Part shown: positions 39,420 through 53,895 of the stretch, piece after piece
How the letters are laid out: every line of letters starts with the position of its first letter
Position numbering within the stretch: the first letter of the stretch is position 1
From: Auanema rhodensis
Taxonomy: Eukaryota > Animalia > Nematoda
NCBI GenBank assembly: GCA_964057225.1
Contig: OZ059896.1
Location: forward strand, 9,114,001-9,178,000
Reading direction: 5' to 3'
DNA length: 64,000 nucleotides
Program-made: the position numbers and the translations under genes
Notes under the pieces: model-generated
Databases searched by the model: none
What the model was told of the DNA's origin: nothing
Seen by the model: only the letters and a program-made list of their open reading frames with translations

Positions 39420-42400
39420 CTACACCAGACTTAGAAGAGAAGTATTAACGATAATACAGTGCAACAAAGACTAAAGGTAGAAGCAGAAGACTCAAGAGGA
39501 TATGATTTAGCATGTAACGTTCCACTTTCATCTTCGTGTACGACAAATTGAATATCTTCTGGTTGTTTCAAAGAATCATAAATCAGATTGCTAGCATCAT
39601 TCAGTAACTCAGTGTATGTCTCTACAGGGACTGGATCCCAAGCATATCCACTAACACCCTGTAATGATACCTATTAGGAAATTTAAAGATATTAATTTGA
39701 CTTACCTTTGATTTAGAATCCATTGCAGTATTTCTTATTGGCGATGGGAATATATCTTCAGGCAAGCGAATATCCTTACTGCGTAAGTTTTCTTCCCTTG
39801 GAAATGTTCCAGTACGCCCTTCATTAGCTAATTGAGCAACCTAAAACAATCAGATTATTAAGATAAATAGTGAAATTAATATATTACCTCAAGCACATAG
39901 TTGTGATCCAAAGAATCAGGAATTGTTCCGGCAATAACTCTTGCTTTAGGGTGCATGCGCACATTGACAACAGGAGCTTGAGTAGTGGTTTTTGGTGGTA
40001 AAGCATCGAGGACATTGATGCGAAGTCTCATATTGTCGCTGACACAGAGGCCATTGATGCCATTATTAATTTTGCTCTCATAACCAGTGGATGTGGCTAA
40101 ATTCAATAGATAAGAACAATGCAATGAAAGACTAAACTTACAAATCCAGTAGTAAGTATTTCCAGGTTCAAAAGTGAAAGAGCCAGGAAACACAGTTGGA
40201 CGATTTACAATATTAACGAGTCCTTCACGTCTAACGCGGCTATTACATAACAATACTTGATTCCTCTGTGTTTCCAATGTGCAAGACATGTAGGATAACT
40301 CAGAAACTTGATTGACGACTAAATGTTTGGTGCCTTCAGCTGCGGAGTCGTTAGGACAAATTATACGGATCTTGTCACCCAATCTAACGTTAATTTCGGG
40401 GTCATTGGAAGTTACGAAGCTGAAAAAGAAATATAAACAATACGTTAGCATATACTAAAAACATAAAATTTTGATGTTTTCCTTTTTAGTTTGAAACCAG
40501 TCATATAAGTCAACAGTCACGGGGATTATGAGCAAAATTAGGCTGATGGTAAAGGGTATATTACACGCACATTTCCGGTCAGTGCGCCATAGACGCAATC
40601 CCATTAAGAAGATGTCTTTGGCGGTATCTTCCTTCGTAGTCCTAATTAGGCAACAAAACAGCCGCTAACCCTCTTTATCCGTCTTGTGCTAACGATACCC
40701 TTGGACTAAATGTCTTTTTGGCTTCCGAATGTCATAGGATGATCTCCCTAATCAGGACACCTGACGCTGTAACATCATGAACAAACGAGCCAGCCTGAAC
40801 TACCCCTAGCTGAGCTAAATATCTGTTAGTCTTACTAATCATAGCCTATTCAACGACTTAATTTAGAGAACCTGAGTTCGTAGTAGGTCTTGGCTTATTT
40901 GACCGTTAGACACCTGCCAAACTAATTGACGATGTTGACGGTCCACAAGAGACACGAAAAATAAACAAGGGCAAGAAATAAGCTGCCATTGGTATCATAA
41001 TTAAATAATTGGCGCTGAGTTAATATTCAACAAAGAAAGCAGGTGGCTTGACATCAATGTAGATCTTAAATAGCTACAGAACTAGCACAAGCTAGCAGTA
41101 GGACAATGCTGACCTTAGATTAGCTATAGTTTGAGTAATTTGAAGCGGCATGACGTCAGAAGCAGCACATGTGACGTACAGTTTGTAGTGGCATCTCAAT
41201 TCATATCTCACCAAGTAGCCCTAATAATCATGTAGCCGGTCAAACAAAGGACAATGAAATCATTCACATCCTCATCATCGATAGCCATCAATTAACATAT
41301 GGTTGGATGAAATTCTTCTAAAGTTCCGTGGAAATCGGTCTACTTGGATATAATAATCCCCTAATATCACATCGTTATCGTAAGAATCAAAAAAGTGCCC
41401 AAAATATCTTGGCATAAAGGTTATTGCCGTCTTTTTCTTATTTTAGAGTTCATTTGCACAGAGCTGGTGGGTGGTATATTTCTTTTCAGAGCTCAATTTC
41501 TATTAAAAGACGACGGTAGCAAGTAAGAGCATCTTCCATAGCCATCTTTCTTTGCCTTATTGATATGTAAATAAAGTGACAATAGCGGGGATGTGGTTGA
41601 GATTGGTGAAAGGTATTCATCAACACGACCCCAGTTGGCCTCACACAAACTGCTAGACCTTTCTATAAATCTTTGCATAGAACCAGGCACATACACAAGA
41701 CAAGAAGATGAAAAAAGAGTAGAATTGCCTCGCATCTTTATCTATTCATTCATCACATTCACACATTCACAAGGAAAACCGAAAGAATGCCTCGTCTGCC
41801 AGTTGGCAAACTAACCATACTTATTGCTCAGCAGGCCATGCAACCAAGGCGGCAAGTACTAATGATCGAAAACTTTTCTTATACCGAGTTAATTACCGGC
41901 AAGTTTTCTGTTTACGATACGATCTCGCGCAAACTTGGAGAGTCGGACTTAACTTTGAATAGCTCCCCATAGTTCTAGCCTCGATTATAGAAAGATCGAA
42001 CAGCTGAATAGGATGAGTGCTCATCGATTACCTAACCGGACTACTGCTAGGTCCCAAAAACATCGGTTTACGCAGGTTAAAGCCATCGATCAAATAAATT
42101 TGAATACGAATAGCTGTTCAAATACTGCAGAAGAAGAGACAGCTGAATATGATGTAACCTAGACAATAGCTGATAATATCCACCCATAAAAGGTTATAAT
42201 TTGAAACATATAGTACATATTCTATACAGTTGCATCTTATATGCCTCATCAGATTCTTAATATAAAAATGGAAGGGATGAGCCAGCAATTATCTCCTACA
42301 TACGGTACCCATTTCTTAATTGGAGCTATATATTGTATGATTTGGATAGAATGACCTTGTATCTGACTTGCGCTTCCCAATTGCTAAGAACAAAGCAAAG

Positions 42401-45400
42401 TAATAGTTTACGACTATTTTGACATGATTCAGAATTTGTATGGTCACATCTTCCCATATTTAATCCTTCTTCCAGACAACTACTATACTTAGGTTCGAGC
42501 ATTTGCATTGACACCCGGGAGGTCGGTATATGGGGTACTTTACATGAATCATTTATGAACTTAAGCGTTAACTGACTAACTCTGAATGATTTAGTGCGGC
42601 ATTACGACAGATACATTTTTGAATCTGGACATCAATTAAACGAAGGAATAAATCCGTAATATATTGGCGCCATCAACCAGAACACCTTCAACTGTCAACT
42701 TCTATTAAAATTATTTCATCAAAGTGTACCAACGCAAATTCATAAACAATCCTAGATCTGATCATTTGAATTTTCTATAACTATTTTTTCCGAGTAGATT
42801 TCGGAATTAGTATAACCAAAAATTCAATGAAAATACTGGATAAAACATGATTCAAAAAATCATCCGATTATCCTCAATACACAGGCCAACACGATTCTTG
42901 ACCACAAGTGGATTTTTGGAACCACAATCAATGCAATTGGAATTGTAGCATTGACCCTCATGGATTAGTAAGCGAAGATGGCTAGCCATCCAGAGCAGGA
43001 AACGTGATTTCTTAGTACGTAGTATAAGACGAAAGCTTAAGAAGGAAGAGAGGAGGCCACATCCGGCGTCTCATTTCCTTCTTCCAACATCCGACGATGT
43101 TATATAGAAAGGAATCCCTTCTCGGTATATACTCCACTGAATCTCCATCCAACATGTGACGCAACTAAGTCGCACAGTCAACACAACACCCCTACAAATT
43201 CCTTGGCTATTCCAAATCCGTATATTGACAGGGCGATTATTCTAATCGATGGATAGAAAAGGTGTTAGTAATAGTCGAAGTATATGCTCCCCCGTAAAAC
43301 AGGATTGTTTCTGCCGTTGGCATGGGACCCACGGTTCCAATCATAAGCAGAACACCTGACCTTACCGAACCGTTGTATCAGCACTGAACCATATCGTGTT
43401 CTCATGGAGCGGTTCTTTCGACAACAAACAAAATAGCATTGTCAATAAGTTGTAAAAGATAAGATTAGAATGAGAAATGGCCAAGCTACTGTTGGAAACA
43501 TAACCCTGGTCATTTCAGAGAAATAGTTGACAAATAATACAAATAATGCTTTCTTCATATCTATTTTAGTTTCGTCTAATCTAACTAATAATAGAAACTG
43601 CCTCAGAAAGAGGAAACTATTACAACGCCAAATTAGGTAAATCAACAAATAAGAAGAGACGATTCAAGTGAGCACATCGTATCGTTCTTAATGAGCTACA
43701 TTTAGACAATAGAGCATCACTTTTCTGACCCGAAATACTAAAAAAAGACCGTAGTTTAGTCTTGTTTTAGAAAAAATTGTCCTAGAGGTCCCACCAGGAA
43801 CACAATTGGGAAATTAAATTAAAGAAACTCATTTTCTGCATCAATTGAGAGTAGTAGTGCCAAGACCTGTGACAACATTGCGCAATCGTGAAACCGTTTA
43901 TATTTTCTACTTTATAAACCATGAGAACCTATAGTCTCATATTACTTGTAGGTCTTACTGTCTAAATAAACAGGACCTGAAAGTAAGCCCCAGTAGGAGA
44001 TAGAAACTATTCGTACACCTAGGAATATATAGCGAATGATATGAAAAAAGGATATCGTCAAGAATGTCGTAATCTGACAAGATTCATTCTCTTATCTCCA
44101 TCTTCCGGAGAACTGTACGAGCATATCTGTCACTTGTATCAAGTAAATTGCCAGTCAAATACATCAAATACATTTGATGGGCCTTAGCACTCCTTCGGGC
44201 TGTCATCACATGAACGTACTAAGCCTAGTGTGCTTTAAATCCCACTCAGCAATTCAGAGCTCAGCATAATGATGACCAAGATGTCGAGACTTTCCCACAA
44301 TTTATGCTCAACTAATAACTAATCCTGGCGTTTGTAGAAACAAGTCATATTAATCTGACCCAAAGATAGAACTCTGATAACGAAGTCTTACTCATCATCT
44401 AATTGCAGGTTTTGACAAAAAACGAATATTTTTTTGCAATGCATGACAAGTTAGTCTACATAAACTTGATCATTCTGTATCCGGCTGGACAAACTTGGCA
44501 TTATTCAGTTTGTGGACAGCAGCAATGCAGCAGAAGCTTAATCTTGACGGTAAACAAGAAGCACAGAGGAAGAAAAGGCACTAGACTGTCATAGGAGTTG
44601 ACACTGTGAACCACTCGGACAATGAAACAAATAGATTGTGTCAATGGCCACTTGATATCTTCTCAGTTATAGAGAACTACTGCGAGAAAGACATAAAATG
44701 TCTAACCATGTTCAGGACAAGACTCTTCGTACCCTCTTAGCAATGTTAAGAGTTTGTGAACGAACAAGTAAGCAACCAAGAGAAGTCGGATCGCGGATTT
44801 TCTCATTAGAATAATTGAAGAAAATACGTTGGTAGAACAGATTACATACAGCTAAGGGATTAAGTACTAGGATACTGCTCCAAGGGCACCTGTGTTAAGC
44901 GCACAATCCAATCTAATGAAGGTCTAACTAGTGGTTTCATTACTTTAGCATGCTGAGACCCAGCGTATGTCAGAGGCCAAGCAGCCATTTCTATTAAGTG
45001 AAAAGAAGCAGTTAATGTATGCAAAGCTAACGCAGTCAAGATTTTCCGTGCTCCAGGCAATTGATGAGACAGCTTTCTAGGTTTTCTCAGTGGCAGACTT
45101 GTCGAGCAAAAGAAGGGCAATTGCATTTAGACCTCTGTTTTCAAGGAAAGGCCAATGACAAACAACAACAACTGGCCTCAATATCCTTTTATGTAATCAG
45201 TATCAATTGAGAAGAACGAATAGAATATGGCAGATAGTAATATTCGTTATATCCATATGGTACGCATGCTGTCAGTTTGCATAATCCTGGAACCGGATAA
45301 AGAGCAGACTGTTGCTCAGCCGGTTATTCACCGAATATGAAACCCGGCTATTTAAGATCCTTTGTTATTAGAAATAGCCGTTCAAGATCACAAGCATCCA

Positions 45401-47012
45401 CCTTAAAGATTATACTACGGGTGCCCTCATATGGATACTCTAATCTGCATATTTAATAATTAACCATGATAACAAAGCGGTAATACAAAAGAAAAAAGAC
45501 GGCTGCTGCTCATCGCAAAACAATCTGGTCAGAACGGCTGGTCAGAGCCGTTGTAAAATTTCTTATGTCGGCCGAAAAACTAAATACTTATCATATTCAA
45601 GAACAATTATGCTCATCTCTTCAGTTATATTTATATACATATATATATATAAGCACAATAGTATCCTCAGATGGTAAACTTATGACGAGAAGAAGATCAC
45701 AAAAATATCTATGTGACTTTGCCGATGCTATTTGTCCACAGAAATGCGCAACATGTGTAAATGCAAGTACCGACAAAGATGAACTTCCAAACAAAGAAAT
45801 CCGGAAAGGGAGCCTTATTCGGAATATAAACATGAACTAGCATATCTATGTTATTAATATTGATTGCGCGACAAGTTTCTTGTTTTGCTTCTGGCAGATT
45901 GTAAATCGCATTACTATGTCATGATTTTATGATGAAACTGCCATCGATTGTGACATAGGGAACGCAAAAACCAATCATATATTCCAAGATATGATTCCTG
46001 ATATGAAATTTAGAATGCAATATATCCTGATGGCGTTAGTTGACCCGTGCAACTGCCCTGACTTTAGTGTCAAGTTGCTGTTGATGATGATAAGCCATGC
46101 AACTGCAACTCATGCAAATTCCATTACCAACTGCTATATTGGGAAAATGAATGTAAGACATGTTCGTAGTTTCAATTTCGCATATACTTCCGATGAAGAT
46201 ACGGAAAGAAGAGCGACTCCCTATACGTATACGGGTATAATGGACTGGGCATGAAAACTGGGCCTCTTGAGGATCCATTACGCTCTCATGGATCATCTCT
46301 TACACCCGAATATAATCAAATAATATTGAGAATAGGAAAGAAATGCTGTTTGAAGGGTGTGAGCAGAAAAGTCATGTCAAGTATTCTTGGCACGTCCCGA
46401 ATATAAATAAACATCTGGGATAAGTCGACAAGATAACTTCAGATCCAGAGGTCCACGCACGCGCGATCATATCTCTCACCCTTCATAGTCATAACTTATG
46501 GAAAACCTTTTAATTAAAGGGTCGTAAACCACATGAATTATGTCCTAATAGAAAATTGGCCCAGTAGAAGGAAATACCGAGGCGATAGAAACTTATTACG
46601 TATCAAAATAGTTGAGTGCTACGGTTTAAATAACGGCGTTCGTACAAAGTAATCAACATTGAACGTAATCTCTTAACTTCGTCATATAAGGCTATTTCTA
46701 AGAGACAATAACGGAAATCCGTTTCTAATGTGTAAATAAATGCACCACCCGTTGAGCTATATTAGGGTATCTATTTCGATTGAGTACTTGAAAGAAGGTG
46801 AGAATGAAGAACCCCAAGGAATAATCTAGAGGTCAGAATATGCATACGAGAAGTGGTTGAGTATCATAGAGTAATAAGTGTGAAAAATAAAAAATATGTA
46901 AAGAAAAGTAGAAAAGGGAAACTCACGATACGCTAGAAGTATTCCAATAGATAAAATGCTCCTTCGAATAAACGACGGGAATTAATAATAATAGAATATG
47001 GAATAGCTGCAT
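39420..47012 (-). CDS. efn-4: Ephrin, EFN-4-like (GPI-anchor-type C-terminus); first intron 40420-46926
   Basis: Exon 47012-46927 (MQLFHILLLLIPVVYSKEHFIYWNTS) splices in phase to exon 40419-. Ephrin domain: INVRLGDKIRIICP...YMSC...FEPGNTYYWI.TSTG...GLC..DNMRL. It is followed by a long low-complexity extension and a hydrophobic C-terminal signal. The efn-4 assignment rests on divergence and the long C-terminal extension. Confidence 0.88.
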
Positions 47013-47997
47013 ACTGAATAGTGGAACTCCAACACACAGACGGATAAAACGTAATTAATTGGTTCAACTGCCGTCCTATAACAAACAACTATTAGCAAAA
47101 TATAAGATGATGAAATATGAACTGAGAATCATAATAACATAATAATCGAGATAAACAAAGTTGAGATAACGTATAACTGCAGAGCTAAATGAACAGGTTG
47201 ACTAAGAGCATGACAGCCTCCGATTACCGCAATGAGGAGGCGGGACAATGGCTAGAATAGGAGGGATCGGGACGATGCATATGGGAGGAGAAAGGGGAGA
47301 AAACCTCAGCTCCGCCTTCTCAATGAGATGAAAGAAAGAGTGTAATAGATGAGGAGAGTGCAAGAAAAAGCAATCGTCCAGATGACATTTAAGAAGTACC
47401 AAAAGAGAAATAGGAAAAGCAGAAATGGGAAGAGATGGCTGGTAGATGACAAGAGTCGCGACGTAAATGACTAAGAAAAGCCATCAAAAGCAAACACGTT
47501 GATGAGGGCAACGATGCAAGCAGCTTGAGCAGTGTAGGATGGCACATTGAAAAGAAAGCGATGCAAAGTAAGATCGAAAAAAGGACAATAAAGTCTGTTG
47601 TTACAGTTAAAACGACAGAATTCATCAGCCCGGCATTTAAAGAAATAAGTTTAATATTTTTAATATTCCGCGTGACACACTTTGTTGAAGGGTAGAGTGT
47701 AAAATTTAAAAAGCCAGAGGGCGAATTTTGTAAAAAAAAAGCCTAATATATGTAATTGCGCTTATTCCCTCGACATTTTCTTCAACTAAATCAAATTCGA
47801 ATTTCAAACGGGCAAACTTGTAAGCAGCCTAATGTATAATGTCAAAAAAACTCGCTCATCAGAAGAAAAATCAGCGAAAAAGAATAGGATAAGCCAAATA
47901 TAGGTCAATTCACAAGGTCGTTACGGAAGGAAACAAGACTTCTCTTTCAGTAATTCAAAAGAACTAATCATCTAGTCGCATTTCTACACTTTTCACT

Positions 47998-50900
47998 ATG
48001 AAAATGTTATTAATATTATTGCTTTTTCAAGCGTCAATAACAAGAGGTAAGTTCAGTCACGCCTTAAAATTCAAATAAGTTTACCTTAAAATTTAGGATT
48101 AAACAAAAACTATGAGTATTATGGAGAAAAGGTAAGAGTTTGTTGAGTAAGACATCATTAAAGCCAGTACTTTGAGTTGCTTCATAAAAGTTCTCAAGAA
48201 ATTGCTGCCATGTTCACAGCATCGCCAAACGACAAAGAAGTCGATTTAGACTTTAATTTCGATTCGGATGGTAAGTAGTTAATAAGTATTATAAGCTATA
48301 AAAAATTTTAAATAAAAATTAATATAATAATTTATAAAAATCTCCAGTATATCTGAAAAAGCAAGAGGTACACAGTAAATGCGCAACTTGAAACATCTGG
48401 CGCAAATTTAAAAATACTTTTACTTTTTGCCTGTTTCTTCAATTTTTAAATATATGCTAATATTTAATTTAAAAAAATGTAAAACTATGTAAGAGAATTA
48501 GGCGAAATTCTAATTTATTTCAAAATTCACAATATATATCTGGGAAAGTAAGAATGATTCTATAGAAAAATTGATTTTTTTTCTTATTTTCTTTTCATAA
48601 CGAAATAGTATCATTATGATATGAATTCAATGATTCAGAGCATGTAAACATCCGGAGATCAGCGGATATTCACGTTCCGGTGCTAAGAGATGATCCATTA
48701 GCTTCAAATGAAGATAACGATGTGCGTTTGATGATTACTAAATATATGAAAAGATAATTCAGGACCGTGGAAATGATACATTTATGGAATTTGAACCACA
48801 TTTTGACAAAAGTTTATACGATTGCATGTTACCTGAAGGCGAAGTAAAGGTTGACTTAGCTTATCATATTACAATGATGGTTTTTTTTATTTAGAAATCT
48901 TCTTCCTTAGCTGTTCTATCTTACTTAACTCATAGTAATGAAACAACACCCAGTTTTAATATTCTTAATGATCACAAGAAATGGTTTTCAGTTGGAGAAG
49001 TTCAAAAAAAAGAAGTTTTTCTATGATAAAGGATTTTAAAATTTATTATAAGCTTAGGAAAATGATCTCGTCATATATGGAGTTGAACTATTAGTCGTAC
49101 AAGGATCTAATATTTTATCCTCCATTTCGAATGATTCGTTATATGAATTCGTCATTGAGGTGACCTTTTGAATTTTTCCTTTCGCTTGATGTGAACATTT
49201 AAAGGCAACCGAAGATGATATGAAAACTACTAGTACAGTTCAAGTGGAAATATTGAGTCTATTTCCTACCACTATTCGTACTGTTGTTCCTACTACAACA
49301 GCAGCCTCTGAACTTCCTGCTATAGAGGATAATGTCGAAGGCAGTGCCGACGAAGTAGACGGTTCAGGAGATGATGTGAATGGTATATCTGTTACGTCGA
49401 CTTTCGCTACTCCTCTCACTGTCGTTACTACTCCTGTTGACGTGATTTCTAATGATCATGAATCACATACCACTGTAGCTATTTCCTTAGAAGAACAGAA
49501 TCTGGTTTTAGTAGAAGAACGTAAAGAAGATGAAGAGCAGGGATCGGGAGAAAATTTTGAGAAAAACGAGAACCTCTTGCAACAATCTCATCCACAGGAT
49601 CAACCCGAAGCAAATCCTGAGGATGATAAGCCTTTGACGGAAACTATTGTAACAAAGGCAACAACACCTGTCGTGGAAGAGCTTGCTCTTCATGCCGACC
49701 CAGTTGGCAATGACGGTAATACTAAGAGCTTATGATTCTAAATACGTAAGATACATGTGTCTCTTTCAGAACTAGAAATTATTCTTAATGGAACAACAAA
49801 TGGACTGTATACAATTCAGGATCAGGAACATCTGTCTCGAGGAGATATTCTCAAAGACTTGTCTCTTTCTATACGTATCAATGATGAGGTGGGATATTCT
49901 TATGTTTATGCCAGCTGTTAGTTACTCCATTGAATACAAACAATAACGAACAGTTTTAATCCTATTCCTCAGTACTTATGAACGTGCGTGAAATTTCACA
50001 GATTTGGACCTACTGTACGCTGTTTTTAAGAAAAAATACCCTGAGCAGATCAAAATTTATTGTCACCATTGGCACTTGTTAATAATTAATTATTTATTTT
50101 GCTGCAATCATTATTCAAGCCATATCTCATTCTCCTTATCGTAGATCTTCCTATCTCAGACGATTTTGACTAATGGTGAAACTTTAATTGCTGACCTTAC
50201 GGATTATGACTTGCCCCTATATTGAGTTTGTATGTATCCTGAAGTAATCGGCTCAGGCTCATACTTTTGCCTTTGGGATTCAGCCTCAATCGAAGTGTTG
50301 TGACTTCCTGTACCATCAATTGGTTATTTTGACACCTAAATATTTTATCTGTAACCATCTAAAGCACCGTTTGTTTTTGAAAGTCGCTTAATGTTTTTTC
50401 TTTCAGAAGTCATTGAAAAAAGTTAATTTATTTGTGGACCGGACCGATGTTTTCTCTATACGTCCACACCAAATCCCATCCAATTCTAAAGCTTATCTGT
50501 TCATAAACAGCTTGGCTATCGTTGGTGATATCAATGTCAAGGTGATAATATTTTGCATAACTACCTTGTTTAAACAAGTTTATGATCATCAATTTCTGCT
50601 AATATAGATTATGGCAAAAGATGAAGACACGGGTAAATCAACATCTCGAGTATTAACTATCAGACGCATGTCTTCCTTGAACAAAGCACCCAAAAAGCCT
50701 AAACAACTGGGTACAACAGTATTTGATGTGAACGAAAATGTGCCTTCAGGAACAACTATAGGGAAAATACAGGAAGGCAACGACATGATGATTATTAGTA
50801 AACCATCTATGTAATAGATTTTTATCTGAACGTAAGATTAAAAAAATTTTCCAGTTTTGCTCTAGTTGGAAGCGATTTATTACTGTCTTGCAATAATGAA

Positions 50901-53836
50901 TTACCTTGTTTGGATTACGAACTTCAAACAGTTCATTATGTTCTTTTGCAAAACAAAAATGGTTAATGAAGATGAACATTTAGAAAAAAACTTTCAAATC
51001 TTATTTCAGGCTCTCTTCCTGTTCATGAAATAGTTGTGAATGTCAATGATGTTAATGATCATGTACCGCAACTGATTGTGACAGACGATGTAGTTCGTAT
51101 CCTGGATAATCAATTGATAGGAGCTTTTGCTATTGAGGTTTTTCTCTGATTATTTTCCAATTAATTACGAAAATATAGGTTCTGGACAAAGACACTTTCA
51201 CTCATAATGAAGTATCTTTAGAAGGCGCAGCTTCTGCCTTCTTAGCCATTGAGCCAGTTGGAAGCATTCTTTATCAGGTAGAAGGCTACTATTTTAGAAT
51301 ATTCTAAACCTAGTTTTTAGCTCAAAATTACTGGTAATGCGAAAACAGGCCGTCATGATCTTCAAGTTGTTTTAACTGATGGTAGTTCTCGAATTGAGAA
51401 AACAGTTCGCGTTATTGTTCAGGTGAGTGTTAGCATATATGTCACTTATTATGAATTACACTTAAGAAAGCAAATTCACATGCACATTTCCGTCGTAATC
51501 GGTATGAACGATTAGTTAAGATGGAAAATATTGAAAAAGGTAATTAGTATCAGCAAATTATATTTAAGCATGCTAGTTTAGGAGCTGAGATTATTCGGGT
51601 GGAACTTGAAGGAGTACCAATTGATGAGGCTAGATTTGTTATTTTGAAAGGAAATCCTGGTTGGCTTCGTATGGATGATTACGGAGGCTCGATCATTGTT
51701 TTGACCGATGAACAGTTAGATCTCAATGCTTTACTTTGTATTTAATTATATTTCAGAATGACGCCTTCAGCTCATGTCACCATTGGTGCTGTGAGTCGTC
51801 AAACGGGGCAATTGTTAGCTGAAACTGTGGTGGTACTTAATGTCATTGGAGTTCCAGAAAAAGAAAAAAGAAATGATATATTCCTGAAAAGTATATATGA
51901 GAAAACTATGGATAGAGGTAAACGATAGAATAATTATTTCTAATAACTAAAATCTTAAGAGCAAAGCAGTGAACTGGGAATTGAGATTGAGCTCGGAAAT
52001 GTGAATCTTGATAATAAATTGAGTATACAAAAAGGTTCAATTTTTGCTTTGGATGAGAACGCACAAATCAAAAATGTTCAGATTGTTGAGTTCAAAATAT
52101 AAATATCAAATTATACTGTTTCGATTCAGATTGATTTCACTATTCAAGGGAATAAGATTGTCCTTTCTAAAGAAATTGCTAAAGATCTTCGCATTGTTCG
52201 ATTTCATGTAATTTGTAAAGATCAAAAAGGTGAGAGCAAGTAATATAACGACATAATACTTGTGGTTTTTCTTAAGCAACTGTTATATTCCATTTGAATT
52301 CCGCTGAAGATTATGCTTTACATAGGAGTAAAATGGCTAATCGTCCAGTTTTTCCTTCACCCTGGAGCATTGCCGAAAACAATATACCCAAAGAGGTTAG
52401 TATTTTGTTTATTGTTTATTGTTTATTATTGTTTATTCGTATTATTTTACTTCAGGTTTTCATACCAGAAGAATTACCAGTTGGTCATATTATCTTCTTA
52501 GCTCCAGCTATTAATCCTACAAATGGTGAATTAGTATCAAGTGAAATTGTTGAAGGAAATGAGGATTTCAAATTGAATTCCGATACAGGTAAATATCGAA
52601 GAGATTTCTGGCTATGAATCCATGTGCTGTAGGAGCTGTGGAAATTATCAAACGTTTCGATTATGATACTATGAGTGTACAAGAAAGAACCAAACATCTG
52701 AAAATAGTTGGTGGTGAAATTGATTATCAATCAGAATTTGAAGTAATAGTTCATATTAATGATATTGATGACAATCCACCAGAAATAATCCGAGAAGGAA
52801 TACCTAATCAGGTAACTAACCTATGATAGTATTACTTTTAGCAATCTTCTTAGATATCACTTCCCGAAAACCTACCTATCAACACTACTATAGCTAAAAT
52901 ATTAGTATCAGATCCTGATGAAATAAGTATGAAACATGGATTGGATGTAACATTGAAAGGAGAACGATCCAACCTATATCAGGCCACTGTTGTAAGGAGA
53001 CTTTAAATTTAAAAATTTTATAATTTTATATTCTTAGGTAAATAATACGATCATTATAACTGTAGCCGGGCTATTGGACAGAGAAGAATCTTCTTCCCAT
53101 CCTCTCAGTCTGTCTCTATTTGATTCTGCTGGAAATGAAGATAAAATAACTGTACGTAATTTCTTCTATTGCAATTTATTTTTCAAAAATTTAGGTAACC
53201 GTGTTATTATCTGATGAAAACGATAATACTCCCCATTTCTTACACGATAAGTATGATGTACAAGTAGTGGAAAATTGGCCAAAAGGGCTTGTCGTTGAAC
53301 AGTTAAAAGCTGCTGATGAAGATATTGGGCCTAACTCTGAGCTTAAATATTCACTGTTGGAATCAGAAAATGATTGTAAAGCTATTCTATTGGACTGCCT
53401 TATGTTATATATGTTTAGATTTCATGTTGGATTCAAATTCTGGAGAGTTCACTATTAATAAAGATCTTCTTGGTATAGCACGTGAAGAACCATATATCTT
53501 TAAGGCTATGGTAATGGATAACGGTTTGTTGAAATCTAAATTCTATTATATTGAAAATGTTTTATTCAGGTAATCCACCTTTGAACTCTACCATTCAAAT
53601 CAGAGTTAAAATTCTTGAAAATGTTTGGCCAAAAAATGAAGGATATATAGACTTTATTGATCCTCCTTTGGACCTTGTTACGTCACTGCCAGAGGTACTA
53701 TCCATTTTTAATATTGTATAATTCGCGTTATTTCTATAGAATACAAAGCTTAATGAAGTTGTATATCATGCTAAAGCACAAGTGCGTACTCGTGAAATTG
53801 GTAGACAACACATGCTGATCAAATATTCTATAATGG

Positions 53837-53895
<59 letters not shown>

